From IMG/VR virus record IMGVR_UViG_3300031578_000001: a stretch of 64,000 bases of DNA; one strand, written 5' to 3'. Every line of letters begins with the position of its first letter. The first letter of the stretch is position 1. Positions 26,833-36,624 of this stretch are shown here, one piece after another. The notes beneath the pieces were generated by a model that did no database searches, was not told where the DNA came from, and saw only the letters and a program-made list of their open reading frames with translations. Source of the DNA: a virus. A program made the translations under genes and the position numbers.

Positions 26833-29800
26833 ATGTTCGTAGATGCTTCAGGATTGGCGATCACGCCCCTCGGCATGGACACGCCGGAATGGGGTCCGAA
26901 CATGATCCACCTGCATCCGCGCACGATGGAGAAGATCGCTTCCGAACTCTTCGTTCCCGAGCGTCTCGTCGAGTTCATGGAATCGATTCGTCCGAGGGAG
27001 GACGGTCGATACATCCTTCTACATGCCATCGGTGCCGGAGAATACTGGGGTTGCTTTCTTCCTGGATCACTCGTTCAAAGGGCAGACGGACGGTATGTTC
27101 CGATCGAGGACGTTAAGAAGGGGGATCGGGTTCTCAGTCGTAGCGGGCACTTCCGCGAGGTCCTTGCCGTCTGGAAGCATGGCCGCCATCGTGAGGGTGT
27201 CAGCATTTCGGTGGAGGGCCTTGTTGATGACATCAAAACTACGCCGAATCACGAATTTCTCGGCCTTCCTTTTGATGAGATTGTCTGTGACAGGGATCGT
27301 ACCGGGCGGTGTATTCCAGAGACCAGCGGCACGCAGAATATATGCAAGAGGACCCAGTCCGCAGCCTGCGTTTTAGCGCCGAAGACGCATACAGGGCGTT
27401 GGGTGGCGGCCGAGGCGCTGGCTCTCAAGGACTTCCTTCTCTGTGCCATTCCTGATCATGACGAGCCTCCTATTTTCACGGAGGATGAGGCCCGCGCTAT
27501 TGGTCTGTGGGTGGCAGATGGTAATTTCATCGGTAATGTTTTGGAGTTCTCTGTCGCCGACTCCGAGATATATCTCGTCGAGGACATCGAGAAACTCACA
27601 AAGGCCAAGACCTACGACGGGCACGGTGCCTGCAAATCGGTTCGAGTTAATCGCCCCGATCTCGCGCCCAAGATTAAGGCCCTCTTCGGAGAATATTCTC
27701 ACGGGAAGCGAATTCCCGGCACATTCTGTAGGCAGCCTGAGGAGGTCGTGCTCGCCTTTCTTTCTGGCTACTTTGACGGTGACGGTTCACAGAACCTGAA
27801 AGACAGTACGACCTATGCCCACACTGTCTCGAAGGATTTGGCCCTTGGGGTTCAGAGGCTTCTCTGGTCCGTCAAGATACCGGCGACCGTGTGCATGACA
27901 CCTGGTGGGTTCCACGTCAACTTCTCGCTGGATCGAGGACGTCGACTCACCGAACGATGCCGGAAATTCTCTGATCACACCCCGAAGGGGCGCCCGAGTT
28001 ATCGGCAGTTCTTTATCGACGGGTACGTGTGTCTCCCGATCAGGAAACTGGAGAGGTTTCAGATTGACGGCCCAGTCTACGATCTGGAGGTCGAGGAGGA
28101 GCACGCCTATAACGTCGGCCAAGTGGTCTGTCACAATAGCAATAAGAACGGTGACTACTTCCCGGAGTGGAGTCTCAAGGGCCTCCAGATGCCGGACGAG
28201 GTGAAGGTCTACGTCCGGGATCGAGGTCTTCCTGTTCCCCAGGAATACGGCTATAGGACCTTCGAGTTCTACGGCTGGCCTTACAGGTATCACAACAACT
28301 CCGACCCGATCCATACCATCGGCGAGCGCGTTTGCTGCTCGGCCTACAACGATCGCATGCATCGGATCGAGTTGATAATTTTCGTTCGGAAGGATCTGGC
28401 TCCGGATCTCGTGAATAGGATTGACGCCGGTGTGCAGGTTCCCTGGTCCATGGGATCGAAGCTCCCCTTCGACGTTTGTCTGCCGGCTGGATCTCCCGTG
28501 CATGGTCCAGAGGGTGTGGAGCGGATTGAGGACGTTCAGGAGGGTGATCTGGTCTTTACGAAGGAAGGCCGGGTTCGTCCGGTCACTAAGACCTTCAAGA
28601 GGCTATTCTCCGGGACTCTGGTGACCCTCGACGTGAAGGGGCTTCCCGAAACGCTTACACTGACCGGAAACCATCCGATCTTTATCTTCCGAAAGGAACA
28701 GATCAGGCAGCCAGGCGGTCGGAGATTGGATGAAAGGGCTAAAGAGGCTGAAGGTCAGTTCGTGAACTCCGAGGATGTGAAGCCCGGAGATTACGTCTTC
28801 GTGCCTAAGATCAGGCCGGACGATACGGAGTTCGAGGCTATCGACCCTGTATTCTCCCGGTTGTGCGGCTACTACCTCGGCGACGGTCACATCATCACCC
28901 AGCGTCGTGGTGAGAAAAAGGATGGTCCCAGAGATTTCACAGGTGTTTCCATCTCCTGTGGGACCGATGACGAGGAGCATCTGAATAGAGTGGTGAACAC
29001 CCTTGAAGATCTCTCCGAATCCAAGGTTCACGTCTATTCAGCGGGAGAAGACAGAGCCGCCGTTGCTGTGGTGTGCCACGACAAGATTCTTGCCGCGAGG
29101 GTTGCGGCTATGTGTGGCCGTAAGAAAGAGAAGCGACTTCCTCCCGAAATCTTCTATAGCGCAACGGAATCGCGGTTGGCTCTTCTCGGTGGTTTGATGG
29201 ACTCAGATGGAAGTATTGATCAGAAGAAGAGTTCATCGAGAATCACGATCACTCTTCTGGATCTTATGCGCCAAACGCAGATGCTTGCGTTGTCTGTTGG
29301 GATACCGGCTACTCTTTCTTTCGTGAAAAGCAAAGGAAACGCGTATCGCGGGGCCGATACAATCGTAGGGCAGGCGCATCTCGGCGCGACTGCGACTCAG
29401 ATTTTGGCCCCGTACTCGATCAAGTGCGGAAGGGCTGAGCCGAGAGCGCGGTGGGGCGCAACGGCGGTCGAGCGAGAGGATGGTTTCCTCTTCCCAGTGA
29501 AAACCGTGATCCATGAGGAGGTCGAGCAAGAACCGGTCTTCAACCTTTCCGTGGAAGAGGATGAGACCTACTTGATCGGCCCGGCAGTCCATAACTGCTC
29601 TGTTTGCATGAATCCGGCCAAGACCCGGCAGCAGTATTGCTTCGTCTCCGGAACCCTGATCACGCTCGCCAACGGTTCCGTCAAACCGATCGAAGAAATT
29701 CGTGTTGGCGACTCGGTACTGGGGGCCGAGGGTCTTCCTACGACAGTCACCCATCTGTTCCAGCGAGAAGTAGACGAGGAGATCGTCGAGATCCGCCATA

Positions 29801-31701
29801 GCGTTAGCCAAGAGATCCTGCGCTGCACGAAGGAGCACCCGATCCTTTCCTCTCCGAGGGAGGCTTTCTCCTGCTACTACCATCGGTACGGCAGAGAAGT
29901 CCGAAGCTGCTTCCCTGGGGCGTTCGAGGAGTGTTCGTCCTGTCGTAGTCCCGAGGAGACTCCCGATTTTGTGAAGGCACGAGATCTCCGGATTGGGGAT
30001 TCCGTGTACTCTCCCGGTGTTCTACAGGAAACTCCATCAGATCTTATCGAGACCGATGCCTACATGATTGGCCTTTTCATGGCCGAGGGCAGCTTCGCCA
30101 AGGCCGGTGATCGATTCCGCTCTGCCCAGTTTTCCATCCATGAAGATGAGTCGCACCTCATCGAGAAGATTGCCGCCTTCGGCGAAAAGTTCAACCACAC
30201 GGCCAAGGTATATGGTCGGGCCGGGAGTCAGGGCATCAGTGTCCGAGTCCACTCCCATGATGCTGCTGCCTTCCTTCACGGGCATACCGGAGAGTATGCC
30301 CATTCAAAATTCGCCTCTGACCAGGTCGTCTTCTCTCCTCCGCAGATCGTCGCCCAGTATCTGGGCGGTCTATGGGATGGAGACGGCCATGTTCAGTCCC
30401 GGTCCGGAAGACAGCCCGTGTCCCGACTGAATACGGCATCGAGATCTCTGGCGTGGCAGACGTCGGCGCTGCTCCGGAAGGTGGGACACCCGGCGTATCT
30501 TGGGCGTGCCCGCGTTCCTGGAGGCCCCACAACCAGGACGAACAAGTTTGACCAGTGGTACGTCACCACCGACTTTCTCAGGTCGACGTCCTTGTCCAGG
30601 TCCGCAATCCGCCGTGGGATCGAAATCGGCTCGATCCGGGAGATAGGGCGATCCCGCTATAGGGGGCCTGTTTTCAACTTCGAGACGGAAAACAACACCT
30701 ATGTGGCCGGCGGTATCGCCGTCCATAATTGCAACCACTTGAAGAACATGCTGAATAGGATTCTTCCTGATGGGACGAAAGTTTTCTCCTTCAACTATTT
30801 CCCCAGGTTCTTCGATATCAGCGAGGTGACAGTCCCCGCGGATCGCAGCGCCTACTCGTTGAAGAAGGTGGCGGAGTTCATGGAATCCGGACAGGCCAGT
30901 CCGATCTGGGTTCCAGGGACGGATTACGTGTCCATCGGTCCCACCCATGAAGAGTTCAGAAGGGTTATCGAAACCGAGATGGAAAAGATCGCTGAGCGGC
31001 CGAGATTCACTCTGGAGGAGCAGGCTCACTTCGACGAAATGATCGAGATCATGTCGAATGGCGGCGAAAAGGAAGCGGACATCGACAAAGAGGTTCCTGC
31101 CCAGGAACCCGGGAAGAATCTCGGATCCGAACCCGTGAGCAAGGATCTATGGCAGTTCGTTTACGACCTGGCCAAGAAGGACCGTGAGATGGTTCAGGAG
31201 ATGCCGTCGTCGATGCGAGGTGCTCTCAGGAACCAGCCGATCGACAAGGTGCTCCAGGCCCTAACGGCAACTGGAATCCAGATGACCCCTGATGAGTCCG
31301 AGGACATCATAGGGGATCGTGAACTACCAGACGAACTTGACACTTCCTGTCCGGATCCTACACTACTCAAGAGGATTTCAGGTATCGTTCCGGGAAGATC
31401 GATGTTCGAACCTCGATTCTCGGTACGGGTGATCCAGATCTCGAGAGTTGGAGATGAAGAGTCGGATCTCCCGAAATTTCTTGTGAAAAGGGCGAACGGG
31501 ATCTATGATCAATACATCAAGTGGCTCCGTTCAATCGAGTTGGAGAAGCTGGCAGAACTTGTCGCTCATCCTCCTGTTCAACTGCTCCTTAGCCCGGACG
31601 TTCTAAAAGACAAAATGTTCGAGTTCGAGGAGGAAAAGACAGGATGCTCCTTGGAAGAGGAATTCCTGCCTTTCGTTGCGGGAGCGGCCCTTGAGGATTG
31701 A
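26833..31701 (+). CDS. prohead maturation protease (HK97/herpes assemblin fold) with a Zn-ribbon insertion and three inteins (1622 aa; ~523 aa spliced)
   Basis: Exteins contain YRYH, WSMG (catalytic Ser) and DISEVTVPAD (compare EVSxVxxPA of S78 proteases), plus reconstituted CSVC-x10-CNH; lies between terminase and scaffold/MCP genes. Confidence 0.8.
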   Translation: MFVDASGLAITPLGMDTPEWGPNMIHLHPRTMEKIASELFVPERLVEFMESIRPREDGRYILLHAIGAGEYWGCFLPGSLVQRADGRYVPIEDVKKGDRVLSRSGHFREVLAVWKHGRHREGVSISVEGLVDDIKTTPNHEFLGLPFDEIVCDRDRTGRCIPETSGTQNICKRTQSAACVLAPKTHTGRWVAAEALALKDFLLCAIPDHDEPPIFTEDEARAIGLWVADGNFIGNVLEFSVADSEIYLVEDIEKLTKAKTYDGHGACKSVRVNRPDLAPKIKALFGEYSHGKRIPGTFCRQPEEVVLAFLSGYFDGDGSQNLKDSTTYAHTVSKDLALGVQRLLWSVKIPATVCMTPGGFHVNFSLDRGRRLTERCRKFSDHTPKGRPSYRQFFIDGYVCLPIRKLERFQIDGPVYDLEVEEEHAYNVGQVVCHNSNKNGDYFPEWSLKGLQMPDEVKVYVRDRGLPVPQEYGYRTFEFYGWPYRYHNNSDPIHTIGERVCCSAYNDRMHRIELIIFVRKDLAPDLVNRIDAGVQVPWSMGSKLPFDVCLPAGSPVHGPEGVERIEDVQEGDLVFTKEGRVRPVTKTFKRLFSGTLVTLDVKGLPETLTLTGNHPIFIFRKEQIRQPGGRRLDERAKEAEGQFVNSEDVKPGDYVFVPKIRPDDTEFEAIDPVFSRLCGYYLGDGHIITQRRGEKKDGPRDFTGVSISCGTDDEEHLNRVVNTLEDLSESKVHVYSAGEDRAAVAVVCHDKILAARVAAMCGRKKEKRLPPEIFYSATESRLALLGGLMDSDGSIDQKKSSSRITITLLDLMRQTQMLALSVGIPATLSFVKSKGNAYRGADTIVGQAHLGATATQILAPYSIKCGRAEPRARWGATAVEREDGFLFPVKTVIHEEVEQEPVFNLSVEEDETYLIGPAVHNCSVCMNPAKTRQQYCFVSGTLITLANGSVKPIEEIRVGDSVLGAEGLPTTVTHLFQREVDEEIVEIRHSVSQEILRCTKEHPILSSPREAFSCYYHRYGREVRSCFPGAFEECSSCRSPEETPDFVKARDLRIGDSVYSPGVLQETPSDLIETDAYMIGLFMAEGSFAKAGDRFRSAQFSIHEDESHLIEKIAAFGEKFNHTAKVYGRAGSQGISVRVHSHDAAAFLHGHTGEYAHSKFASDQVVFSPPQIVAQYLGGLWDGDGHVQSRSGRQPVSRLNTASRSLAWQTSALLRKVGHPAYLGRARVPGGPTTRTNKFDQWYVTTDFLRSTSLSRSAIRRGIEIGSIREIGRSRYRGPVFNFETENNTYVAGGIAVHNCNHLKNMLNRILPDGTKVFSFNYFPRFFDISEVTVPADRSAYSLKKVAEFMESGQASPIWVPGTDYVSIGPTHEEFRRVIETEMEKIAERPRFTLEEQAHFDEMIEIMSNGGEKEADIDKEVPAQEPGKNLGSEPVSKDLWQFVYDLAKKDREMVQEMPSSMRGALRNQPIDKVLQALTATGIQMTPDESEDIIGDRELPDELDTSCPDPTLLKRISGIVPGRSMFEPRFSVRVIQISRVGDEESDLPKFLVKRANGIYDQYIKWLRSIELEKLAELVAHPPVQLLLSPDVLKDKMFEFEEEKTGCSLEEEFLPFVAGAALED
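27052..28137 (+). mobile_element. intein 1 of the protease (362 aa, LAGLIDADG)
   Basis: YWG|CFLPG ... TTPNH ... GLWVADG, SGYFDGDG ... VVCHN|S. Confidence 0.93.
28477..29595 (+). mobile_element. intein 2 of the protease (373 aa, LAGLIDADG)
   Basis: FDV|CLPAG ... TGNH ... GYYLGDG, GGLMDSDG ... PAVHN|C. Confidence 0.93.
29638..30729 (+). mobile_element. intein 3 of the protease (364 aa, LAGLIDADG)
   Basis: QQY|CFVSG ... TKEH ... GLFMAEG, GGLWDGDG ... IAVHN|C. Confidence 0.93.
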
Positions 31702-31707
31702 GCAGTA

Positions 31708-31745
31708 GAGGACCTTGGAGGTCCTCGCCGCAGAGATGCGGTTTT
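31708..31745 (+). terminator. tandem hairpins after the protease gene; the second has a short U-tract (weak terminator or processing site)
   Basis: GAGGACCT-TGG-AGGTCCTC, then CCGCA-GAGA-TGCGG-TTTT. Confidence 0.4.
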
Positions 31746-31779
31746 AGGGCTCACCGTGCCAGAGAAAAAGGAGAAGATC

Positions 31780-32199
31780 ATGGCAAAGGACGTCGCTTCC
31801 ATCATCAGAACACTCCGGAGCGAGTCCCAGATCACGAAGGAGGCACAGGCCAAGAGCCAGGGGTCGTCCGACAAGACCGAGGACCTCAAGAAGGAAGCCG
31901 TTGCACAGAACCTGATCGCGGGAGGAAAACTTTTCGCGTTCGGGATCATCGGCGGACTCCAGGAGAAGGTCGCAGCGGCTCCGATCGGCGCCTCAGGACA
32001 GGCCCAGCCTTCCCAGGGGAACGAGTCCAACGACGACTCGATGATGAAGCGTATCACCGACAAGGTGATGAGCTTCAAGGGTTACGCTTCCCCGGGGAGC
32101 TCTCCTTCGGTTCCGGGTTCCAACCCCAACGTCGTGGCGGAAACAGTGGAGCCGGCCCAGGCCGCGAAGCCGAACCAGGACGAGCCCGCGGGCGGTTAA
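31780..32199 (+). CDS. scaffold-like/internal head protein (139 aa)
   Basis: RBS AAGGAG before MAKDVAS; KEAQ, KEAV, KVAA motifs. Confidence 0.7.
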   Translation: MAKDVASIIRTLRSESQITKEAQAKSQGSSDKTEDLKKEAVAQNLIAGGKLFAFGIIGGLQEKVAAAPIGASGQAQPSQGNESNDDSMMKRITDKVMSFKGYASPGSSPSVPGSNPNVVAETVEPAQAAKPNQDEPAGG

Positions 32200-32222
32200 T
32201 CACTGCCGATAGGTGAGCATCG

Positions 32223-32426
32223 ATGATCGATCTCATAAAACTGGCCGAGAAGTTTAGGGACGGCACTCGTTATCTGGACGACGATGAGACCGTCCTTCTC
32301 GCTTCGGCCGTCGAGACCATCGCCCTCGAGAAAGAAGCAGGAAGACTGGAGGGTGTCGACAGCGAGAAGGAGATCGTCATGCTCGGTGCGGCAATCGCCG
32401 ACGCGATTTTGAGAAGGAGCTCGTGA
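32223..32426 (+). CDS. small acidic head-module protein (67 aa)
   Basis: RBS AGGTG; KLAE and KEAG motifs. Confidence 0.65.
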   Translation: MIDLIKLAEKFRDGTRYLDDDETVLLASAVETIALEKEAGRLEGVDSEKEIVMLGAAIADAILRRSS

Positions 32427-32427
32427 C

Positions 32428-32832
32428 ATGGAACTCGTCGATTTCTACAACGACCTCGTCACGAAGGAAGCGCAGATCAAGCTCGCTCACGTGCTCGAAG
32501 AGTACAAAGAGCAGCCGGAGACTCTCGCGGCCTTCGACAAGACCCTGGACCTGGTGAAAAAGGCGCAGGAACTGGGCAAGATCCCCGCTCTCAATTCCAG
32601 CGAAGCCATCTCCGTCGCAGTCCAGCTCGTGGAAGAGGAGAAGCTCGCGCAGGCCGCCGAGGAGTGGGAGAAAATCGGGCAGGAGGTGGCCGAGCTACTC
32701 AAGGAGAACTTCGGGATCACCCAGGAAGACATCGAGAAGATCTCGTCCGAGGAAGAGGCCGACGAGTTCGGGCGCTTCTGCGCCAAACTCTGGGCCACAG
32801 CCAAGACCGGCGAGAACTACCTGACGGAGTAG
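32428..32832 (+). CDS. acidic helical scaffold-like protein (134 aa)
   Basis: Glu-rich helices; KEAQ and KLAQ motifs; strong high-expression codon bias. Confidence 0.7.
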   Translation: MELVDFYNDLVTKEAQIKLAHVLEEYKEQPETLAAFDKTLDLVKKAQELGKIPALNSSEAISVAVQLVEEEKLAQAAEEWEKIGQEVAELLKENFGITQEDIEKISSEEEADEFGRFCAKLWATAKTGENYLTE

Positions 32833-32842
32833 GAGACCCGAC

Positions 32843-33133
32843 GTGGACCCTCTCGAGCTGAACAGGATCGTCGAGAAAGCGAAAGCGGAAGCAACCGCTA
32901 CCGGTGCCCTCGAGGCACCTCGTAAAGAGATCGACGCCGAGAAGCTGGGTGGTGTCCAGAAAGAGGTCGAGGATTCCGATATCGAGCGTCTCTCCGGATG
33001 GCTGGAGGATCTGGCCGAGGAGAGCGTCGAAGAGGAGACTCTCAAGAAGGAAGCCGGAGCGGAGCGAAGCAGAAACATGAACGTCGCGAAGCTTCTCGCC
33101 GCACTCGACACGCTCATGGAGGTGGGTCGATGA
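32843..33133 (+). CDS. acidic helical scaffold-like protein (96 aa)
   Basis: RBS AGGAG with GTG start; KEAG motif. Confidence 0.65.
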   Translation: MDPLELNRIVEKAKAEATATGALEAPRKEIDAEKLGGVQKEVEDSDIERLSGWLEDLAEESVEEETLKKEAGAERSRNMNVAKLLAALDTLMEVGR

Positions 33134-33507
33134 GCGACGACTCCAGGTATGTCAAAGAGGTCGGAGCGACTCTCCGGAAGCAGCAGGACCTGATCAAACA
33201 GGCCCAGGTGCGGGAAACCGACCTACAGACCAAGATCGCATCCATGCAGACCGAGATGCAGATCCACAGGGACGTGATCGATCTCGTCTCGCAGGGGATG
33301 ATTGACCCGAGCGATGCCGCCGAGAAACTCGCACTGTTCCTGGAGGATCCAGAGCAGGTCGAGGTTATCAAGCAAGCACTCGCTCTTGGCCTCGACCGGA
33401 TTCCCAGCTTGGGATCCGTCATCGAGGAAGAGTCCCTGTCCTCGGAGGACGAGGATCCCATAACCCGGATGCTGCGGGAGAACGAACCTCATCTGCGTGG
33501 CATCTGA
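33130..33507 (+). CDS. putative capsid scaffolding protein (125 aa)
   Basis: ATGA coupling; coiled-coil N-half with KQAQ, KIAS, KLAL, KQAL; acidic C-terminus; directly precedes the decoration and MCP genes. Confidence 0.6.
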   Translation: MSDDSRYVKEVGATLRKQQDLIKQAQVRETDLQTKIASMQTEMQIHRDVIDLVSQGMIDPSDAAEKLALFLEDPEQVEVIKQALALGLDRIPSLGSVIEEESLSSEDEDPITRMLRENEPHLRGI

Positions 33508-33546
33508 CGGCAATGAACCGGACATCTGAGTCCGAAGGAGAGAATC

Positions 33547-34041
33547 ATGGCCAACGACTACGACGAGAGGAAGACCACCAGCGTCGTGCGGCTGAACTCG
33601 AAACTCTCCGCAACCGACCTCGAGCACTTCGAGGACGGAGGGGTGGACATCGCGGAGGGAATCTTGATCGCCGAGGACGCGAACGGGAAGGCCAAGATCG
33701 CGGTCGTAACGGACCGTGCGGTCTTCGTGAACTTCCTCGACACCGACCACGGGTCGGTACGGGATTCCACCAAGGACGTTTTCGATCCCACGGCCCCGGT
33801 CCTGACCAGGAGCACGGGCGGGCTGACGGGGATCATCGGGCGCGAGACGCCGATCGGCCTCCACAAGTCCCTGTGGGACGGAACGCCGGCGCGGGGCGAA
33901 CTGGTGACCGTGGGAACCGTCGGAAAACCCAAAGGCGTGGCACCGGCATCGATCGCGACCACGCCCCATTTCGGCGTCATCCACCGCGTGCGCGGGGACT
34001 TCATCTGGTTCCTGTTCAAGTCGGTGGCCGGCATCGGCTAA
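33547..34041 (+). CDS. capsid decoration/cement protein (164 aa)
   Basis: RBS AAGGAG; beta-rich, G/V/A-rich; canonical position immediately upstream of MCP. Confidence 0.65.
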   Translation: MANDYDERKTTSVVRLNSKLSATDLEHFEDGGVDIAEGILIAEDANGKAKIAVVTDRAVFVNFLDTDHGSVRDSTKDVFDPTAPVLTRSTGGLTGIIGRETPIGLHKSLWDGTPARGELVTVGTVGKPKGVAPASIATTPHFGVIHRVRGDFIWFLFKSVAGIG

Positions 34042-34106
34042 ACCCGATCTTCGAGACGACCCCGAAAGGGTAAAGCCGAAGGTCCCAGAGAGACAAGGAG
34101 ACAACC

Positions 34107-35291
34107 ATGGACTTCACTCCCGAGAGGTTCAACGCTCTCTTCGGTGAGGCCGTCCGCAGGGGAGGTGAGTACCTCGAGAAGGTCGCCGACGCCGGGGATC
34201 TCTACGTGCAGAAGAAGCTCCGCGAGAACTCCTTCGCCCGGAAGATCATCCAGCCGAAGACCGTCACCGAGCGCGAGTGCCAGCGGTCCCTCACCGAGGA
34301 CTCCCTCGAGTACGTGGACGACATCGAGCCGGATTCGATCGCCATGCACATCAACTGGAGAGGGGAGCCGGAGAAGTCGTGGATCATGGGAAAGCGTTAC
34401 GCGATCCCGTTCCACACCATCTCCTCCGACATCTTCCAGAAGACGGAATCCGAGCTCCGGGCGTACCGGATGCCCATCACCAAGATCATCGAGCAGAACA
34501 TCATCAGGGACATCCAGGAGCAGGAGGACGTGACGTTCATGCAGCACGTCCTCGCTGCGCTGTTCTTGGCCACCCGTGCCCGCTACAACACTCTCGTGCG
34601 GCGCGGCGTCCTTTCCACCTCCAGGAACTTCGCCAACGAGACCGAGTTGGCGTGCTTCCTCTTCACCCAGAACAAGGCCTACCAGGCATCGCCTTGGGCT
34701 GCGGCCATCCCCACTTCGGCCCTCAACCGGGCCAAGGGTTTCCACAGCAACATCCTGTTCTCGGACCAGTCCGAGTTCAATCGGATCGTGCTGCGTGACC
34801 TGAGCCAGGTCTGCTCCGCCCGCGAGCTCGAGCTCAAGACCTTCCTCATGCACAAGTACGACTTCGACGCGACCATCGCGTGGTCGCTGAACGAGGCCGG
34901 CCTCGAGATCACCAGCGAGATCGTGCGGGACGGATTCAAGTACACCACGATCGGCGGTTTCACCTACGTGACGACCGTCCGCGACAACCAGCAGCTGGTG
35001 CAGCCCGGCCAGATCTTCGGTTTCCCGTCGCCCCAGTTCCTCGGGAAGTTCCTCATCCTCGACAACACCAAGTTCTTCATCAACCGGCGCGGCCGGTTCA
35101 TCGAGATGGAGGCTTGGGAGGAGATCGGCGCAGGCTTCGGGAACATCTACGGCGTCTGCTGCATCATCCTTAAGGGGGCCGAGATGACCATCCCGGTCGC
35201 TTTCCAGAACCCGTCCGATGTGGTCGGCGTCACGGGATCGCTCCGGATCATCAACGACCATACGCTCACCTCGATCCCGGCTCCGGTGTAG
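34107..35291 (+). CDS. major capsid protein (HK97 fold, 394 aa)
   Basis: Strong RBS AAGGAG; extreme C/G-ending codon bias; KLRENSFARKII..P N-arm/E-loop pattern and IEQ..IRDIQEQED spine helix; followed by a terminator. Confidence 0.85.
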   Translation: MDFTPERFNALFGEAVRRGGEYLEKVADAGDLYVQKKLRENSFARKIIQPKTVTERECQRSLTEDSLEYVDDIEPDSIAMHINWRGEPEKSWIMGKRYAIPFHTISSDIFQKTESELRAYRMPITKIIEQNIIRDIQEQEDVTFMQHVLAALFLATRARYNTLVRRGVLSTSRNFANETELACFLFTQNKAYQASPWAAAIPTSALNRAKGFHSNILFSDQSEFNRIVLRDLSQVCSARELELKTFLMHKYDFDATIAWSLNEAGLEITSEIVRDGFKYTTIGGFTYVTTVRDNQQLVQPGQIFGFPSPQFLGKFLILDNTKFFINRRGRFIEMEAWEEIGAGFGNIYGVCCIILKGAEMTIPVAFQNPSDVVGVTGSLRIINDHTLTSIPAPV

Positions 35292-35327
35292 GATCGGGTT
35301 GACCCGTAGGGTCAGAGGCGCACTTGA

Positions 35328-35370
35328 GACAAGGCCCGTCCGCCGCGCTGGCGGCGGGCCTGTCTTTTTT
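35328..35370 (+). terminator. Rho-independent terminator after MCP
   Basis: AGGCCCG(T)CCGCC-GCGCT-GGCGGCGGGCCT stem followed by TTTTTT. Confidence 0.8.
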
Positions 35371-35398
35371 GTCGGGAGCAGGAGAAGGACAGGAGATC

Positions 35399-36094
35399 AT
35401 GGAGAACGTGAAGATCTACTCGGCGTCGGGGGCCACGATCGACCTGGCTCTCGACAAGATCAATCCCAGGCAGATGAAGGTCATCCAGAAGGACCAGATC
35501 ACTCCGCAGGTCCTCCAGGCTCACGGCGCCAGCATCGCCGTGGCCTCTCTGGATGGCCAGGTGATCCACGTGGGAGAACAGATCAACCCCCAGTTCCTCA
35601 TCCGGGAGTTCGGATGGCAGGTGGGAGGCGTGGAGCCCTACAAACCCTCGTCCAAGGTCGCCAGGCTCCTCGGGAAAAAGAGAGACGGTCTCGATCCGAG
35701 AACCGTGGCTCTGAGGCTCGAGAGCGAGGCCAAGGCTCAGAAGGACGCCGAGGAGACGGGGACGTCTCGGGCAGAGGTCACGAAGCTGGACATCCACACT
35801 GCCAAAAAGGCAGCCTTGAACGTGGTCGCGTCCGTGGCCGGGCACGACAGGGAGGACGGCGCAGGTGCCGAGCCTCCGACCATGCCTGTGGAGTCTGAGA
35901 TGGCCCCAGGCGAGTCCGAGTCGTCCGACCCTACCTCGGAGACCCATGAGGGGGAAAACGTCAACGGGGCGCAAGGAGACAAGGCCCAGGACGCCCGAGA
36001 AGAGGGGTCCGAGTCTGACCAGGAGCCCAATTCGACCCGGGAATCCCAGAAGGAGTCCGGTAAGAAGGGGAAGAAAGGCAAGAAGGGTAAGTAG
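35399..36094 (+). CDS. hypothetical protein with acidic disordered tail ending KKGKKGKKGK (231 aa)
   Basis: RBS AGGAG before ATG 35399. Confidence 0.7.
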   Translation: MENVKIYSASGATIDLALDKINPRQMKVIQKDQITPQVLQAHGASIAVASLDGQVIHVGEQINPQFLIREFGWQVGGVEPYKPSSKVARLLGKKRDGLDPRTVALRLESEAKAQKDAEETGTSRAEVTKLDIHTAKKAALNVVASVAGHDREDGAGAEPPTMPVESEMAPGESESSDPTSETHEGENVNGAQGDKAQDAREEGSESDQEPNSTRESQKESGKKGKKGKKGK

Positions 36095-36120
36095 ACCCCA
36101 GGCTGTGAGGACGTTCCGAC

Positions 36121-36612
36121 ATGGAAATACGAGTCCCCAAGCCCCTCGTCCGGGAGCTCCGGGCCAAGCTTCGGGATTATCCCGAGATCAACTACGTCGA
36201 TAAGAAGGAGGAGAGTCGGGACAAGGATCTGGCCCGATGCCTCTGGGAGGCAATGGAAGATCTCAACCTGATTCCTCCTGTCTTCAATGACGACTACAGT
36301 TTCACGAACCTACCCAGGAAGGCCGTGCGGATCATCCTTGACTTGGCCGTGGTTAGAGTCCTCAACGAGGTCTCGATCTGGATGATTCGTCAGGACTTCA
36401 AGTACATTGCCGGCGACGTTCAAGTCGATATCTACAGCCGGTGGAGGTCCTACCAGCAACTCATTCCAATACTCTCCGGGGAAGTCAAAGCAGCTGCCCA
36501 GGGATTCAAGTTCAGCGAGAATACGGAGAGGGCATGGGGAGCGAATCTCACGGAGATGTATGATTCGTGGCGGGGCTTGGAGAATGCTGACTGGTTCGTC
36601 ATCAACGTATAG
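36121..36612 (+). CDS. putative head-tail adaptor protein (163 aa)
   Basis: Helical; LRDYPEIN..EESRDKDL..AMEDLNLIPP pattern; located after MCP. Confidence 0.55.
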   Translation: MEIRVPKPLVRELRAKLRDYPEINYVDKKEESRDKDLARCLWEAMEDLNLIPPVFNDDYSFTNLPRKAVRIILDLAVVRVLNEVSIWMIRQDFKYIAGDVQVDIYSRWRSYQQLIPILSGEVKAAAQGFKFSENTERAWGANLTEMYDSWRGLENADWFVINV

Positions 36613-36624
36613 GAAGGCGAGACT

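Noticed and set aside
21912-31748. GTTTTAGG shared by two intergenic regions as a late promoter motif
   Set aside because: Only two copies; the one at 31741 is the U-tract of a hairpin and the other lies in a promoter spacer.
34038-35261. 407-aa ORF antisense to MCP
   Set aside because: Expected open antisense frame from extreme codon bias.
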